From Ruminococcus sp. (GTDB taxonomy: Bacteria; Bacillota; Clostridia; Oscillospirales; Ruminococcaceae): DNA of 64,000 bases. The DNA lies in the NCBI GenBank assembly GCA_045659945.1, contig JAZRCW010000010.1, positions 60,884 to 124,883 of the forward strand, read 5' to 3'. Position 1 is the stretch's first letter; the number at the start of each line of letters is the position of its first letter. The notes beneath the pieces were generated by a model, which was not told the origin of the DNA, searched no databases, and saw nothing but the letters and a program-made list of their open reading frames with translations. A program made the translations under genes and the position numbers. Positions 35,720 to 45,551 of the stretch are shown piece by piece.

Positions 35720-36427
35720 ATGGCAAATGAAAAAAGTCTGAAAATTTTAATCGTTGACGATGATAAGAATATATGCGACTTGCTTCGACTCTATCTGGAA
35801 AAAGACGGCTACAGCGTTATTCTCTCCCACGACGGCGAGGAGGCTGTTGTAAAATTCAACGCCCTCAAACCTGATATGGTTCTTCTCGATATCATGCTCC
35901 CCGGAATCGACGGCTGGCAGGTTTGCCGTGAAATCCGCAAAAAGTCAAATGTGCCAATTATCATGATTACCGCAAAGGGCGAAACTATCGACAAGGTTAT
36001 CGGTCTTGAACTTGGTGCGGATGATTACATCGTTAAGCCTTTCGACGCAAAGGAAGTTATCGCACGTATTAACGCAGTTACACGCCGTGTCGGCAATATA
36101 AATGTTGAGCCCGAGGTCAAGGAAGTGCGTTATGAAAAGCTTTCTGTTAATATGACACGCTATGAGCTCAAAGTCAACGGAAAAATCATAGATACTCCCC
36201 CGAAGGAGCTTGAACTTCTCTATTATCTCGCTGCAAATCCCAACAGAGTATACACAAGAGATCAGCTTCTTGACGAAGTATGGGGATTTGAATACTACGG
36301 CGACTCCAGAACAATTGATGTTCATATCAAAAGACTCCGTGAAAAGCTTGAAGGCATTTCCGAAAAATGGGCATTAAAAACCGTTTGGGGCGTAGGATAT
36401 AAATTCGAGGCAGAAGAGGAAGAATAA
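35720..36427 (+). CDS. OmpR-family response regulator
   Basis: Receiver domain (ILIVDDD, DMVLLDIMLPGIDG, MITAKG) and winged helix (RTIDVHIKRLREKL...VWGVGYKF). Confidence 0.9.
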   Translation: MANEKSLKILIVDDDKNICDLLRLYLEKDGYSVILSHDGEEAVVKFNALKPDMVLLDIMLPGIDGWQVCREIRKKSNVPIIMITAKGETIDKVIGLELGADDYIVKPFDAKEVIARINAVTRRVGNINVEPEVKEVRYEKLSVNMTRYELKVNGKIIDTPPKELELLYYLAANPNRVYTRDQLLDEVWGFEYYGDSRTIDVHIKRLREKLEGISEKWALKTVWGVGYKFEAEEEE

Positions 36428-36499
36428 TTCCCTGCTTCTTATCAAGGGGGCAGCACAGCTGTCCCCTGATTTATTCATTACTTATAATTTGAATCTAAA

Positions 36500-37963
36500 A
36501 TGAAAGAAGTGATTGCCTTGAAAGCCAGAAACAGCTCCTACTTTCAGATGTTCAGACTTACTATAATTATAATTGCGTCTGTATTGATTTTGATTGGTGC
36601 TGTTATTATTAATATCAGTTCAAAACTGGTCCGCAAGGGACAGCTTGATAAGGTAAAATCAGCAGGTGATTTGTTTATAAGCTGCGTTACCGATGAATAC
36701 GCACGGGATAAAAACAGCTATATCCGCAGTGCAGAATATCTGTGCGGCAAATTCACACGTGAACAGGAAGTGCGTATTTACCTTTTCAACGGCGACGGCG
36801 TATGTCTTGCCTCCCCTGACGGAAACCTGTCAAGAAAGCTTACAAAATCAACTATATCAGAATTAGAAAAAGGCGATGTACTCGGGTTGAGTTCAAAATA
36901 CCTCTCGCAGAATATCCCCTCTTTCAACTACATCACAAAGGTCTTTTTACGTGAAAGCGACGGTAAATATACACCTATGTATGTCCTTGCCGCAGGTACA
37001 ACTGAACAGGCTGAAATCTGCACAATGATTATCGTTGCTTCGTATGCTTCAATTTCTCTCCTCTTTTTCATCGGCTGCTTTTTTGTGTTCAGACGCAAAA
37101 TCAAAGCCAATCTGCAATTTGAGGAGGAGTTCCTCCGCATTGTGGAGGAATACTCAAAGGATAACTTCACAGAAAAGCTCTCCACGGATATTTCGCCCAA
37201 TTTCAAGCGTATATGCGACCTTGTCAACACTCTTGCGTCAAATGTTGAAAAAAGCGAGGAAACAAGCAGCACTTTTATTTCCAATGTTTCCCATGAGCTT
37301 CGTACACCTATGACGACAATAGGCGGTTTTGTTGACGGTATCCTTGACGGCACCATAAAGAAAAGCCGCCAGCAGGAATATCTTATACTCGTGTCACAGG
37401 AAATACAGCGTTTGCGTATACTCATAAGCTCAATGCTCAATATGAGCCGATTTGAGTCGGGCACAATGCGTCCTAACTTCAAGGAAACAAACCTTACAGA
37501 GCTTGTCATCAAGGTTGTTCTCATGTTTGAAAAGCGTATTGAGGAGAAAAATCTGGAAGTTGAAGAACTGGACAGCCGCCGCCTTTATGCAGTTGTTGAC
37601 GCTGACCTCATTCAGCAGGTTATATACAACCTTGTTGAAAATGCTGTAAAATTTGTAAACGAAAATGGTACCCTTTCCTTTACCTTTGACGAAAAAGATG
37701 AAGAATGTATCATCGGCGTAAAAAATACGGGTGAAGGTCTTAAAGATACCGAAATCGAGCAGGTTTTCAACCGTTTCTACAAAACTGATTCCTCCCGTGG
37801 AAAAGATACCACAGGACTTGGACTGGGATTGTCAATATCCCGAAAAATTGTTCACCTGCACAACGGTCATATCGTTGTAAAGAGCGTTGAGGGTGAATAT
37901 ACAGAATTTTTGGTGCATATCCCCAAAGACTGTACCAAAACAGAAAAAGAAAAACAGAATTAA
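36500..37963 (+). CDS. Sensor histidine kinase
   Basis: Two TM segments. H-box FISNVSHELRTPMTTI, N-box YNLVENAVKF, G-boxes KNTGEGL and GLGLGLSI. Confidence 0.9.
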   Translation: MKEVIALKARNSSYFQMFRLTIIIIASVLILIGAVIINISSKLVRKGQLDKVKSAGDLFISCVTDEYARDKNSYIRSAEYLCGKFTREQEVRIYLFNGDGVCLASPDGNLSRKLTKSTISELEKGDVLGLSSKYLSQNIPSFNYITKVFLRESDGKYTPMYVLAAGTTEQAEICTMIIVASYASISLLFFIGCFFVFRRKIKANLQFEEEFLRIVEEYSKDNFTEKLSTDISPNFKRICDLVNTLASNVEKSEETSSTFISNVSHELRTPMTTIGGFVDGILDGTIKKSRQQEYLILVSQEIQRLRILISSMLNMSRFESGTMRPNFKETNLTELVIKVVLMFEKRIEEKNLEVEELDSRRLYAVVDADLIQQVIYNLVENAVKFVNENGTLSFTFDEKDEECIIGVKNTGEGLKDTEIEQVFNRFYKTDSSRGKDTTGLGLGLSISRKIVHLHNGHIVVKSVEGEYTEFLVHIPKDCTKTEKEKQN

Positions 37964-37972
37964 GGAGCAAAT

Positions 37973-39460
37973 ATGGACCGCAGAGATAACGTATTCAATG
38001 AACTCCAGAGGGAACAGACAACTCCCTCAACGGGACAGCAGCCACAGGGATATCGCCCTGATATACAGCAGCATAATCCGAACGGAGGGCAATATAATCC
38101 TAATCAACCTCGTTACAATGGATATCCACAGCAATATAATCCAAATAGACAGCAATACAATCCTAATCAGCAGTATAATCCCAATCAAAGACCACAGTAT
38201 TACCAGAATTCTCCACAACCCACACCATATCCCCCTGTAATGACTCCCGAACAAAAAGCGGCAGCAGAGGCTAAAGAGTCAAAACTCCGCAGCCGCCGTG
38301 AAAAGACAATTGTTGTACTTTTCTTTGTGCTTGTAATTATTGCCGCACTTATTGGAATTTTCGGCATTGTATACGATATTATCACAAGCAAGGACAGAAT
38401 TGCCAACGTACACACTTCGGATAAGGTAGTTATTTTTCAGAATTCTAAACCTGTAGAAGCCAATCAGATAACTGAACAGCTTGATGAATACGGCAGATAT
38501 TCCACCGAGGGCGTAGCCGCCGCCGTAAGAGAGTCAATCGTTGAAATTTACACATATTCCGATGCATTCCACAATAATCTCAGCGGAACAGGCTCGGGCG
38601 TTGTCCTCAACAAAGACGGATATATCGTAACAAATGCCCACGTTCTCAAGGCTGACGGATATCACGATGTACACACGGCTGACGGAAAAGTTCATTCTGC
38701 ATCAATTGTAGGCAGAGATTCAAAAACTGACATAGCCGTGCTGAAAATCAACGCTTCTGACCTTGTACCAGCAGTTCTCGGCGACTCTGATGAAGTCGTT
38801 GTGGGCGAACAGGTCATAGCTATCGGCAATCCTGCAGGCCTTACAGGAACTGTTACAAATGGTATTGTTTCCGCTGTAAACCGTGAAATCAGAAGCGATT
38901 CAACAGGCTTTGAGATGAACTGCATACAGACAAACGCTGCAATTTCCCCTGGAAATTCGGGCGGTGCACTTGTAAATATGTACGGTCAGGTTATAGGTAT
39001 CACTTCTTCAAAGTATATAAGCGGATTTTACGAGGGGCTTGGTTTTGCAATTACTATCAACGAAGCGAAGCCGATTATTGAGGAGCTTATCAGCAACGGA
39101 TTTGTTGGCGGACGTTTCAGAATTGGTATTACACTTATTGATATGAGCAGTGAGGGAAATATTCTCACTATTGAGCAGGAACTTGGATATGAGCTTCCCG
39201 ATGACTTCAAGGGTATTTATATCAACGACATAAATCAGGATTGCGACATTGCGAATACAGCTCTTGAAATAGGCGATTTCATTACAAAGATTGACGGCAA
39301 GCACGTTGAAACATATGACGAGCTTTATGATACAATTAGTGCAAGCTATGGTGCAGGCGATACCGTTCCTGCAACTTGTGCAAAGGTTGACAAAGACGGA
39401 AATATCGAGGAATACGAGATAGAATTCATGCTTATGGAAGATACAAGCGGTGACTATTAA
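37973..39460 (+). CDS. htrA: HtrA/DegP-family serine protease with Q/N/P/Y-rich N-terminal region, TM anchor and PDZ domain
   Basis: Catalytic triad contexts TNAHV, DIAVLKI, GNSGGALVN. PDZ-like C-terminus. N-terminal QYNPNQ-type repeats. Confidence 0.9.
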   Translation: MDRRDNVFNELQREQTTPSTGQQPQGYRPDIQQHNPNGGQYNPNQPRYNGYPQQYNPNRQQYNPNQQYNPNQRPQYYQNSPQPTPYPPVMTPEQKAAAEAKESKLRSRREKTIVVLFFVLVIIAALIGIFGIVYDIITSKDRIANVHTSDKVVIFQNSKPVEANQITEQLDEYGRYSTEGVAAAVRESIVEIYTYSDAFHNNLSGTGSGVVLNKDGYIVTNAHVLKADGYHDVHTADGKVHSASIVGRDSKTDIAVLKINASDLVPAVLGDSDEVVVGEQVIAIGNPAGLTGTVTNGIVSAVNREIRSDSTGFEMNCIQTNAAISPGNSGGALVNMYGQVIGITSSKYISGFYEGLGFAITINEAKPIIEELISNGFVGGRFRIGITLIDMSSEGNILTIEQELGYELPDDFKGIYINDINQDCDIANTALEIGDFITKIDGKHVETYDELYDTISASYGAGDTVPATCAKVDKDGNIEEYEIEFMLMEDTSGDY

Positions 39461-39473
39461 ATTTCAGATAATC

Positions 39474-39512
39474 CAAATTAAGGGGACGCTCTGCAAGTGA
39501 GAGCGTCCCCTT
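39474..39512. repeat. REP-like hairpin sharing stem and left flank with the first hairpin of the 13.35-kb array; likely bidirectional terminator
   Basis: caaattaaGGGGACGCTCTgcaagtgAGAGCGTCCCC. At 13347-13384 the stem and flank are the same, and the loop is the reverse complement with one mismatch. Confidence 0.85.
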
Positions 39513-39553
39513 AAATACATCAAATTATTGTTATTTATAATTTTTATTAAAAC

Positions 39554-39946
39554 CTACATCAACTCCCTCGGTCTGACAGTGTTAACCCCTGCAACTCCGC
39601 CAAATGCCCCCGATACCGCAAGAATTATCAGCTTTGCAGGAGAGGTAATCCCCCCGAATTGAAGCGATATAACAAGCAAAAGAAGATATATTATCCCTCC
39701 GCAAATTGCTCCCTCATACATACCATATCTTCGACGGTATTTTCCGCAGAGATATCCGCTGAAATATCCGCTGACAAACAGGCATATAACCGTAAATATC
39801 CCCGTAAACATCATGGCATTGAATACAAAATAAGAAACCGCCGTGCATATTACACAGCAGAAAAATCCGCACAGCAAGCCAAATCCCACGGATAAAGCAA
39901 AGCCCATAAATGTGCTGTCCCACAGCTTTTTTCTGTAACGTCCCAT
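39554..39946 (-). CDS. Small membrane protein (TIGR04086-like)
   Basis: Four hydrophobic helices rich in G/F/C. The ATG at 39946 is 6 nt after GGAGG. Confidence 0.55.
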   Translation of the reverse strand: MGRYRKKLWDSTFMGFALSVGFGLLCGFFCCVICTAVSYFVFNAMMFTGIFTVICLFVSGYFSGYLCGKYRRRYGMYEGAICGGIIYLLLLVISLQFGGITSPAKLIILAVSGAFGGVAGVNTVRPRELM

Positions 39947-39995
39947 AAAAAACCTCCGCACAGTATTACTTAATACTATGCGGAGTATTTCTTTT

Positions 39996-40523
39996 TTATT
40001 CCTCTGTATCTTCAGACTTCTTATTCTTCTTGGACTTCTTCTTGCTGTCCTTGTCGTCCTCTTCGCTTACGCCTGCAGCTGCAAGCTTTGTTTTAGCCTT
40101 TGCCTGTGCTTCCTTAATACGCTCTGATGCGGAAACATTTTCAGCAATTGCCCACTTCTTGATGCGGAGTTTATTACGCTCGCCGCCTGTTTCGATAACA
40201 ACTGTATCGTCGCCGATACGCACAACCATACCAACGATACCGCCGCTTGTGATAATCTCATCGCCAACCTGTAAGCTGTTCTGCATTTCCTTTGCTTCCT
40301 GCTCACGCTTCTTCTGTGGTCTGATTGCCATGAAGTAGAGGAGAACGAACATAATAACAAGGGAAATCATAAGCTGCATAAAGCCGCTATTACCTGCAGT
40401 AGGCTGCTGTCCGTTTGCAGCACCTGCTGCTTCACCCTCTGCAAATGCGTTCATTGCCATTGCACTTGCTGACATAACTGTAATTACAGCTGTTACAAAT
40501 GCATACGCTAACTTTCTTTTCAT
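39996..40523 (-). CDS. yajC: Preprotein translocase subunit YajC with extended N- and C-termini
   Basis: LLYFMAIRPQKKREQEAKEMQNSLQVGDEIITSGGIVGMVV core. Lys/Asp-rich C-terminal tail. Confidence 0.8.
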   Translation of the reverse strand: MKRKLAYAFVTAVITVMSASAMAMNAFAEGEAAGAANGQQPTAGNSGFMQLMISLVIMFVLLYFMAIRPQKKREQEAKEMQNSLQVGDEIITSGGIVGMVVRIGDDTVVIETGGERNKLRIKKWAIAENVSASERIKEAQAKAKTKLAAAGVSEEDDKDSKKKSKKNKKSEDTEE

Positions 40524-40618
40524 AATTATATACTCCTTTCGTCTGTATAGACTTGCTATCTTTAATTATACCATATATAGCGAAAAATTGCAATAGTTTT
40601 CAGAAAAAAATTCGTAAA

Positions 40619-40646
40619 AAAGCCGCCCATACGGACGGCTTCTGTT
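40619..40646 (-). terminator. Intrinsic terminator ending the alpha operon
   Basis: Minus strand: agccgtccgtatgggcggct followed by tttttt, just after the rplQ stop. Confidence 0.8.
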
Positions 40647-40654
40647 TATATTAA

Positions 40655-41008
40655 TTAGTCAGCAAGCTTGATGATAGCCATCTCAGCAGCGTCGCCACGA
40701 CGGGGGCCGATCTTGATGATCTGTGTGTAACCACCGTTCTTTTCAGCATACTTGGGAGCAATCTCATCGAAAAGCTTCTTAGCAACAGCTTCCTTAGTAA
40801 CATAAGCCATTACCTGACGCTTGGAGTGCAGATCGTTGTTCTTACCGATAGTAATCATCTTCTCTGCAACAGCACGAACTTCCTTAGCTCTTGTAACGGT
40901 AGTCTCAATCTGACCGTTCTCGAGAAGGAAAGTTACCATGCCTCTGAGCATTGCCTTTCTGTGGTCAGATGTTCTGCCCAGCTTTCTTGTACCCGGCATG
41001 TATTTCAC
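40655..41008 (-). CDS. rplQ: 50S ribosomal protein L17
   Basis: [18 protein letters not shown]-terminus. Follows rpoA. Confidence 0.95.
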   Translation of the reverse strand: MKYMPGTRKLGRTSDHRKAMLRGMVTFLLENGQIETTVTRAKEVRAVAEKMITIGKNNDLHSKRQVMAYVTKEAVAKKLFDEIAPKYAEKNGGYTQIIKIGPRRGDAAEMAIIKLAD

Positions 41009-41059
41009 TCCTTTTCATTATAAGTGATAGTAATCCTGCCCTGCGGACAGGTTCGTTTA

Positions 41060-42025
41060 TTATTCTTCCTCTGAGGAGAGGTCAAAGCCCAGTGACTGGA
41101 GCTTCTCCTTGACCTCGTCGAAGGACTTCTTTCCAAGGTTTCTTACCTTCATCATTTCTTCCTCAGACTTGTTGATGAGGTCATCTACTGTATTAATTCC
41201 CGCACGCTTCAGACAGTTGAATGAACGAACTGAAAGGTCAAGATCTTCAATAGTCATCTCAAGGATTTTCTCCTTGCCCTTTTCGTCCTTTTCAACGAGG
41301 ATTTCAGCAAGACCAGCTTCCTCTGAAAGGTCGATAAAGAGCTTAAGATGCTCATTGAGCAGATTTGCAGCCTGTGAAAGAGCTTCCTTTGCGGAGATTG
41401 TACCATCTGTCCAAACCTCCATAGTAAGCTTGTCATAGTCAGTTACCTGTCCAAGACGTGTGTCCTCTACTGTGTAGTTCACCTTTAATACAGGGGTGTA
41501 GATGCTGTCAACAGCGATAACGTCAACAGGAAGATTTACCTGCTTCTTGTTTCTCTCTGCTGAAACGTAGCCTCTGCCTCTGTCAATAGTGATTTCCATG
41601 TAGAGCTTTGCGTCCTTGCCAAGAGTAGCAATATGCATACCCGGATCAAGAATGTTCACCTCGGAGTCAGCCTTTATGTCCCCGGCAGTGATCTCACATT
41701 CGCCCTCTGCTTCAATGTAAACAGTCTTTGGACCGTCACCGTAAAGCTTGGCTGTAAGACCTTTTATACTGAGGATAATTTCCGTAACGTCTTCTTTAAC
41801 GCCGGGAATTGTTGACAACTCATGGTGTACGGTGCCATCCTTGCCCGAAAGCTTAACAGATGTAACCGCAACACCCGGAAGTGAGGAGAGCAGCACACGT
41901 CTGAGGCTGTTTCCAAGAGTTATACCATATCCACGCTCAAGCGGTGCTAAAACGAATTTGCCGTATTTGCCGTCACTTTTAAGCTCGACAATGTCGATAT
42001 CCGGCTTGTTGATTTTTTCCAGCAT
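41060..42025 (-). CDS. rpoA: DNA-directed RNA polymerase alpha subunit
   Basis: [24 protein letters not shown]-terminal domain [16 protein letters not shown]. Start taken at MLEKINKPD. Confidence 0.95.
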   Translation of the reverse strand: MLEKINKPDIDIVELKSDGKYGKFVLAPLERGYGITLGNSLRRVLLSSLPGVAVTSVKLSGKDGTVHHELSTIPGVKEDVTEIILSIKGLTAKLYGDGPKTVYIEAEGECEITAGDIKADSEVNILDPGMHIATLGKDAKLYMEITIDRGRGYVSAERNKKQVNLPVDVIAVDSIYTPVLKVNYTVEDTRLGQVTDYDKLTMEVWTDGTISAKEALSQAANLLNEHLKLFIDLSEEAGLAEILVEKDEKGKEKILEMTIEDLDLSVRSFNCLKRAGINTVDDLINKSEEEMMKVRNLGKKSFDEVKEKLQSLGFDLSSEEE

Positions 42026-42084
42026 AAAAACCCTCCTGTTTCGCAATTAAATTTACGAGTCTTTTTATCTCAGCAATCAGCCGA

Positions 42085-42684
42085 TTACTTAGAATAGAGC
42101 TCGACGATGAGGTGTGTAGCTACCTCGTAGTCAATGTCCTCAGCTGAAGGAAGACGAGTTACAGTTGCACTGAAATCGTCCTTCTTAGCGTCAAGCCATG
42201 TAGGAACGATTCTGTCCTTTGTTTCCTCAACTGTAGCCTTGAACTTCTCTGATGTTCTGTCCTTCTCCTTAAGAGCGATTACATCGCCAACCTTAACTCT
42301 GTAGGAGGGGATATTTACCTTTTTGCCGTTTACTGTGTAGTGGCTGTGAACAACGAGCTGTCTTGCCTCACGTCTTGTGAGAGCGAGACCCATTCTGAAA
42401 ACTACGCTGTCCAGTCTGGATTCGAGACAAGTGATAAGGTTGTCACCAGCCTTACCCTCCATCTTTGAAGCGATCTCAAAGTAGTGATAGAACTGCTTTT
42501 CGAGTACGCCGTAGATAAACTTCAGCTTCTGCTTTTCCTTAAGCTGAAGACCATATTCGGATATCTTCTTTCTGTTGTTAGCATTCTTGAAACGGATAGA
42601 CTCCTTCTTGGAAACGCCGAGAACAGCGGGGCTGATGCCCAGATATCTGCACTTTTTAAGAATTGGTTCCTTCTGTACTGCCAT
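42085..42684 (-). CDS. rpsD: 30S ribosomal protein S4
   Basis: Typical S4 N-terminus and S4 RNA-binding domain (LESRLDSVVFRMGLALTRREARQLV). Confidence 0.95.
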   Translation of the reverse strand: MAVQKEPILKKCRYLGISPAVLGVSKKESIRFKNANNRKKISEYGLQLKEKQKLKFIYGVLEKQFYHYFEIASKMEGKAGDNLITCLESRLDSVVFRMGLALTRREARQLVVHSHYTVNGKKVNIPSYRVKVGDVIALKEKDRTSEKFKATVEETKDRIVPTWLDAKKDDFSATVTRLPSAEDIDYEVATHLIVELYSK

Positions 42685-42703
42685 TTAAAACACCTCCATT
42701 TGA

Positions 42704-43108
42704 TTAGACACGTCTTCTTTTGGGAGGACGGCATCCGTTGTGGGGAATAGGAGTTACGTCCTTAATCATTCTAACTTCAAGACCAACTGTCTGAAGTGCT
42801 CTGATTGCTGCCTCACGACCTGCGCCGGGTCCCTTTACGTAAACTTCTACGTACTTAAGACCGTGCTCCATAGCTGCCTTTGCAGCTGTTTCAGCAGCTG
42901 TCTGAGCTGCGAAAGGAGTGGACTTCTTGGAGCCTCTGAAACCAAGCTCACCAGCACTTGCCCATGAAATTGCGTTACCCTGTGTATCAGTGATAGTAAC
43001 GATTGTATTGTTGAAAGTGGACTGAATATGAACTGCGCCGCTTTCGATATTCTTACGCTCTCTACGTCTTCTGATTGTAGAAACCTTTTTACCCTTCTGC
43101 TGTGCCAA
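42704..43108 (-). CDS. rpsK: 30S ribosomal protein S11
   Basis: [18 protein letters not shown]...[14 protein letters not shown]. Confidence 0.95.
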   Translation of the reverse strand: MAQQKGKKVSTIRRRRERKNIESGAVHIQSTFNNTIVTITDTQGNAISWASAGELGFRGSKKSTPFAAQTAAETAAKAAMEHGLKYVEVYVKGPGAGREAAIRALQTVGLEVRMIKDVTPIPHNGCRPPKRRRV

Positions 43109-43121
43109 AGCTCATACCTCC

Positions 43122-43490
43122 TTACTTCTTCTTGTTAGCGATTGTCTTTACAGGACCCTTACGAGTTCTTGCGTTTGTCTTTGTTCTCTGACCTCTTACG
43201 GGGAGACCCTTTCTGTGACGAACGCCTCTGTAGCACTGAATCTCAACAAGTCTCTTGATGTTAAGAGCAACTTCACGACGAAGGTCACCCTCAACAGTGT
43301 AATTTGCATCGATATAGTCACGAAGCTTTGCTAAGTCCTCCTCAGCGAGATCCTTAACTCTTACGTCAGGATTTACGCCTGTATTGTTGAGGATATCTGT
43401 AGCAGTCTGACGACCGATTCCGTAGATATAAGTGAGACCGATTTCGATTCTCTTATTCTTCGGAAGATCAACACCGGCTATTCTTGCCAT
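43122..43490 (-). CDS. rpsM: 30S ribosomal protein S13
   Basis: [26 protein letters not shown]. Confidence 0.95.
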   Translation of the reverse strand: MARIAGVDLPKNKRIEIGLTYIYGIGRQTATDILNNTGVNPDVRVKDLAEEDLAKLRDYIDANYTVEGDLRREVALNIKRLVEIQCYRGVRHRKGLPVRGQRTKTNARTRKGPVKTIANKKK

Positions 43491-43519
43491 ATAATTACCT
43501 CCATTACTTAGCGCAGAGA

Positions 43520-43633
43520 TTAACCCTGACGCTGCTTATGCTTCGGATTTTCGCAGATAACCATGATTCTGCCTTTACGTTTGATAACCTTGCACTTTTC
43601 GCAAATAGGTTTTACTGAAGGTCTGACTTTCAT
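43520..43633 (-). CDS. rpmJ: 50S ribosomal protein L36 (Zn-binding form); below the ORF-track size cutoff
   Basis: Hand translation of the minus strand gives [37 protein letters not shown]. Lies between infA and rpsM. Confidence 0.9.
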   Translation of the reverse strand: MKVRPSVKPICEKCKVIKRKGRIMVICENPKHKQRQG

Positions 43634-43652
43634 TGAAAATACCTCCTCTTTC

Positions 43653-43871
43653 TTACTTGACACGCCATGTTATACGACCTTTTGAGAGATCGTAGGGTGA
43701 CATTTCAAGTTTTACCTTGTCACCCGGCACTATTCTGATATAATTCATTCTGAGTTTGCCGGAAACGTGTGCGAGAACCTCGTGACCGTTTTCCAGCTGT
43801 ACCTTGAACATTGCATTGGGGAGAGCGTCTGTAACGACACCTTCAACCTCGATTACATCTTCCTTGGACAT
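43653..43871 (-). CDS. infA: Translation initiation factor IF-1
   Basis: [47 protein letters not shown]. Confidence 0.95.
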   Translation of the reverse strand: MSKEDVIEVEGVVTDALPNAMFKVQLENGHEVLAHVSGKLRMNYIRIVPGDKVKLEMSPYDLSKGRITWRVK

Positions 43872-43884
43872 AGGATAACCTCCT

Positions 43885-44127
43885 TTACTCCTCACCGCCG
43901 AAGTCTTTCAGCAGTGTTCTGAGCTTTTTATCAGTTATATCTTTAATATCAATCATACTGTTTGTAAGGGATATATGCTTTACGTTTTTACGTTTCGGGG
44001 TTTCAAGCTTTCTGCTCTTACCGTCCGCTATAAAGCAGTATTCCTTTTCGATTGCCGTCACAACAAAGAATGTGTCCTTGTCACGACCGGCCTTAGCCCT
44101 TACAACCGAGCCAATTTTAAGCTCCAC
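43885..44127 (-). CDS. KOW-domain small RNA-binding-like protein
   Basis: [23 protein letters not shown]-like motif. Conserved position between map and infA in Clostridia. Confidence 0.7.
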   Translation of the reverse strand: MELKIGSVVRAKAGRDKDTFFVVTAIEKEYCFIADGKSRKLETPKRKNVKHISLTNSMIDIKDITDKKLRTLLKDFGGEE

Positions 44128-44145
44128 AATAAATTCCCCCTATCG

Positions 44146-44898
44146 TCAGGGTGTGGTCAGTATCACAGGACCATCAGGAGTTATTGCGATTGTATGCTCA
44201 AAATGAGCCGACAGCGAACCATTTTTCGTAACCACGGTCCATCCGTCATTGAGAGTTTTAACATCGTCGCCTCTGACATTAATCATAGGCTCGATACATA
44301 TTGTCATACCCGATACCAGTCTCGGGCCCCTTCCGGGCTTGCCCCAGTTTGATACCTCGGGTGATTCGTGTACCTCTCTGCCGATGCCGTGGCCGCAGTA
44401 ATTTCTTACGATCCCGTAGCCGCGTGAAGCGCAATACTCTTCAACAGCATGAGAAATATCTCCGACTCTTGCCCCTGCCTTGGCCTGTGCAATTCCCTCA
44501 TAGAGAGCTGCTTCAGTAACCTCCAGCAATGCTTTAGCTTCATCAGAAATTTTACCCACAGGGAAGGTCCAGCAACTATCACCATTGAAGCCCTTGTACG
44601 CTGCTCCGGTGTCGATGCTTACGATATCCCCTTCCTTTATTCTGCGGTTAGCCTTCGGGATTCCGTGAATTACCTCATCATTTATTGAGATGCAGGCATT
44701 TGCAGGAAATCCGTACAAGCCTTTAAAGCAGGATTTACAGCCGTGTTTTGCGTAATACTCGCCAACCAGCTTATCTATGTCAAGAGTTGACATACCCGGC
44801 TTTAATCTTTCGCCCGCATACCATATTGCGCCGCAGGTAATCCTACCTGCTTCACGCATTATGGCTAATTCGGACTGTGATTTTATAGTAATGCTCAT
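44146..44898 (-). CDS. map: Methionine aminopeptidase type I
   Basis: GDIVSIDTGA, CGHGIGREVHE, 250 aa. Confidence 0.95.
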   Translation of the reverse strand: MSITIKSQSELAIMREAGRITCGAIWYAGERLKPGMSTLDIDKLVGEYYAKHGCKSCFKGLYGFPANACISINDEVIHGIPKANRRIKEGDIVSIDTGAAYKGFNGDSCWTFPVGKISDEAKALLEVTEAALYEGIAQAKAGARVGDISHAVEEYCASRGYGIVRNYCGHGIGREVHESPEVSNWGKPGRGPRLVSGMTICIEPMINVRGDDVKTLNDGWTVVTKNGSLSAHFEHTIAITPDGPVILTTP

Positions 44899-45533
44899 TA
44901 CTCAACTCCTACAGCAGCAAGAGTGAGCTTTGAAGTATCAGCAACTTCCTCCTGACCTTCTACAGTAACAAGTTTACCCTGATTAGCGTAGTAGTCCTTA
45001 AGAGGAGCTGTCTTTTCGTGATATGTTGCAAGACGGTCGAGAACAACCTCGGGCTGGTCATCCTTACGGATTACAGTAGCGTCGCCGCACTTATCACAAA
45101 CGCCCTCAACCTTTGAAGGCTTATATTCTACGTGGTATGAAGCACCGCAGCCCTGACAAACTCGTCTGCCTGAAACTCTCTGCTTGATTGTTTCATCAGC
45201 TACGTTGATTTCAACCACCTTGTCAATTTTAACGCCCATTGCGTCGAGAGCCTCTGCCTGGGGAACTGTTCTGGGGAAGCCGTCGAGAATGAAGCCTTCC
45301 TTACAGTCGTCCTCAGCAATACGCTCTTTAAGGATTCCGATAACGATGTCGTCGGAAACCAGTGCGCCTGCGTCCATAGCAGCCTTTGCCTTGAGTCCGT
45401 ACTCTGTGCCGTTCTTTGCGGCTTCACGAAGAATATTTCCTGTAGAAATCTGGGGAATGTTAAGAGCCTCGGAAACTACCTCAGCCTGTGTTCCCTTACC
45501 TGCGCCGGGTGCGCCTAAAAAGATAAGATTCAT
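44898..45533 (-). CDS. adk: Adenylate kinase (Zn-lid type)
   Basis: P-loop GAPGAGKGTQA. Lid CQGCGASYH...CDKCG. Confidence 0.95.
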   Translation of the reverse strand: MNLIFLGAPGAGKGTQAEVVSEALNIPQISTGNILREAAKNGTEYGLKAKAAMDAGALVSDDIVIGILKERIAEDDCKEGFILDGFPRTVPQAEALDAMGVKIDKVVEINVADETIKQRVSGRRVCQGCGASYHVEYKPSKVEGVCDKCGDATVIRKDDQPEVVLDRLATYHEKTAPLKDYYANQGKLVTVEGQEEVADTSKLTLAAVGVE

Positions 45534-45551
45534 TTTATATCCTCCTTAATC

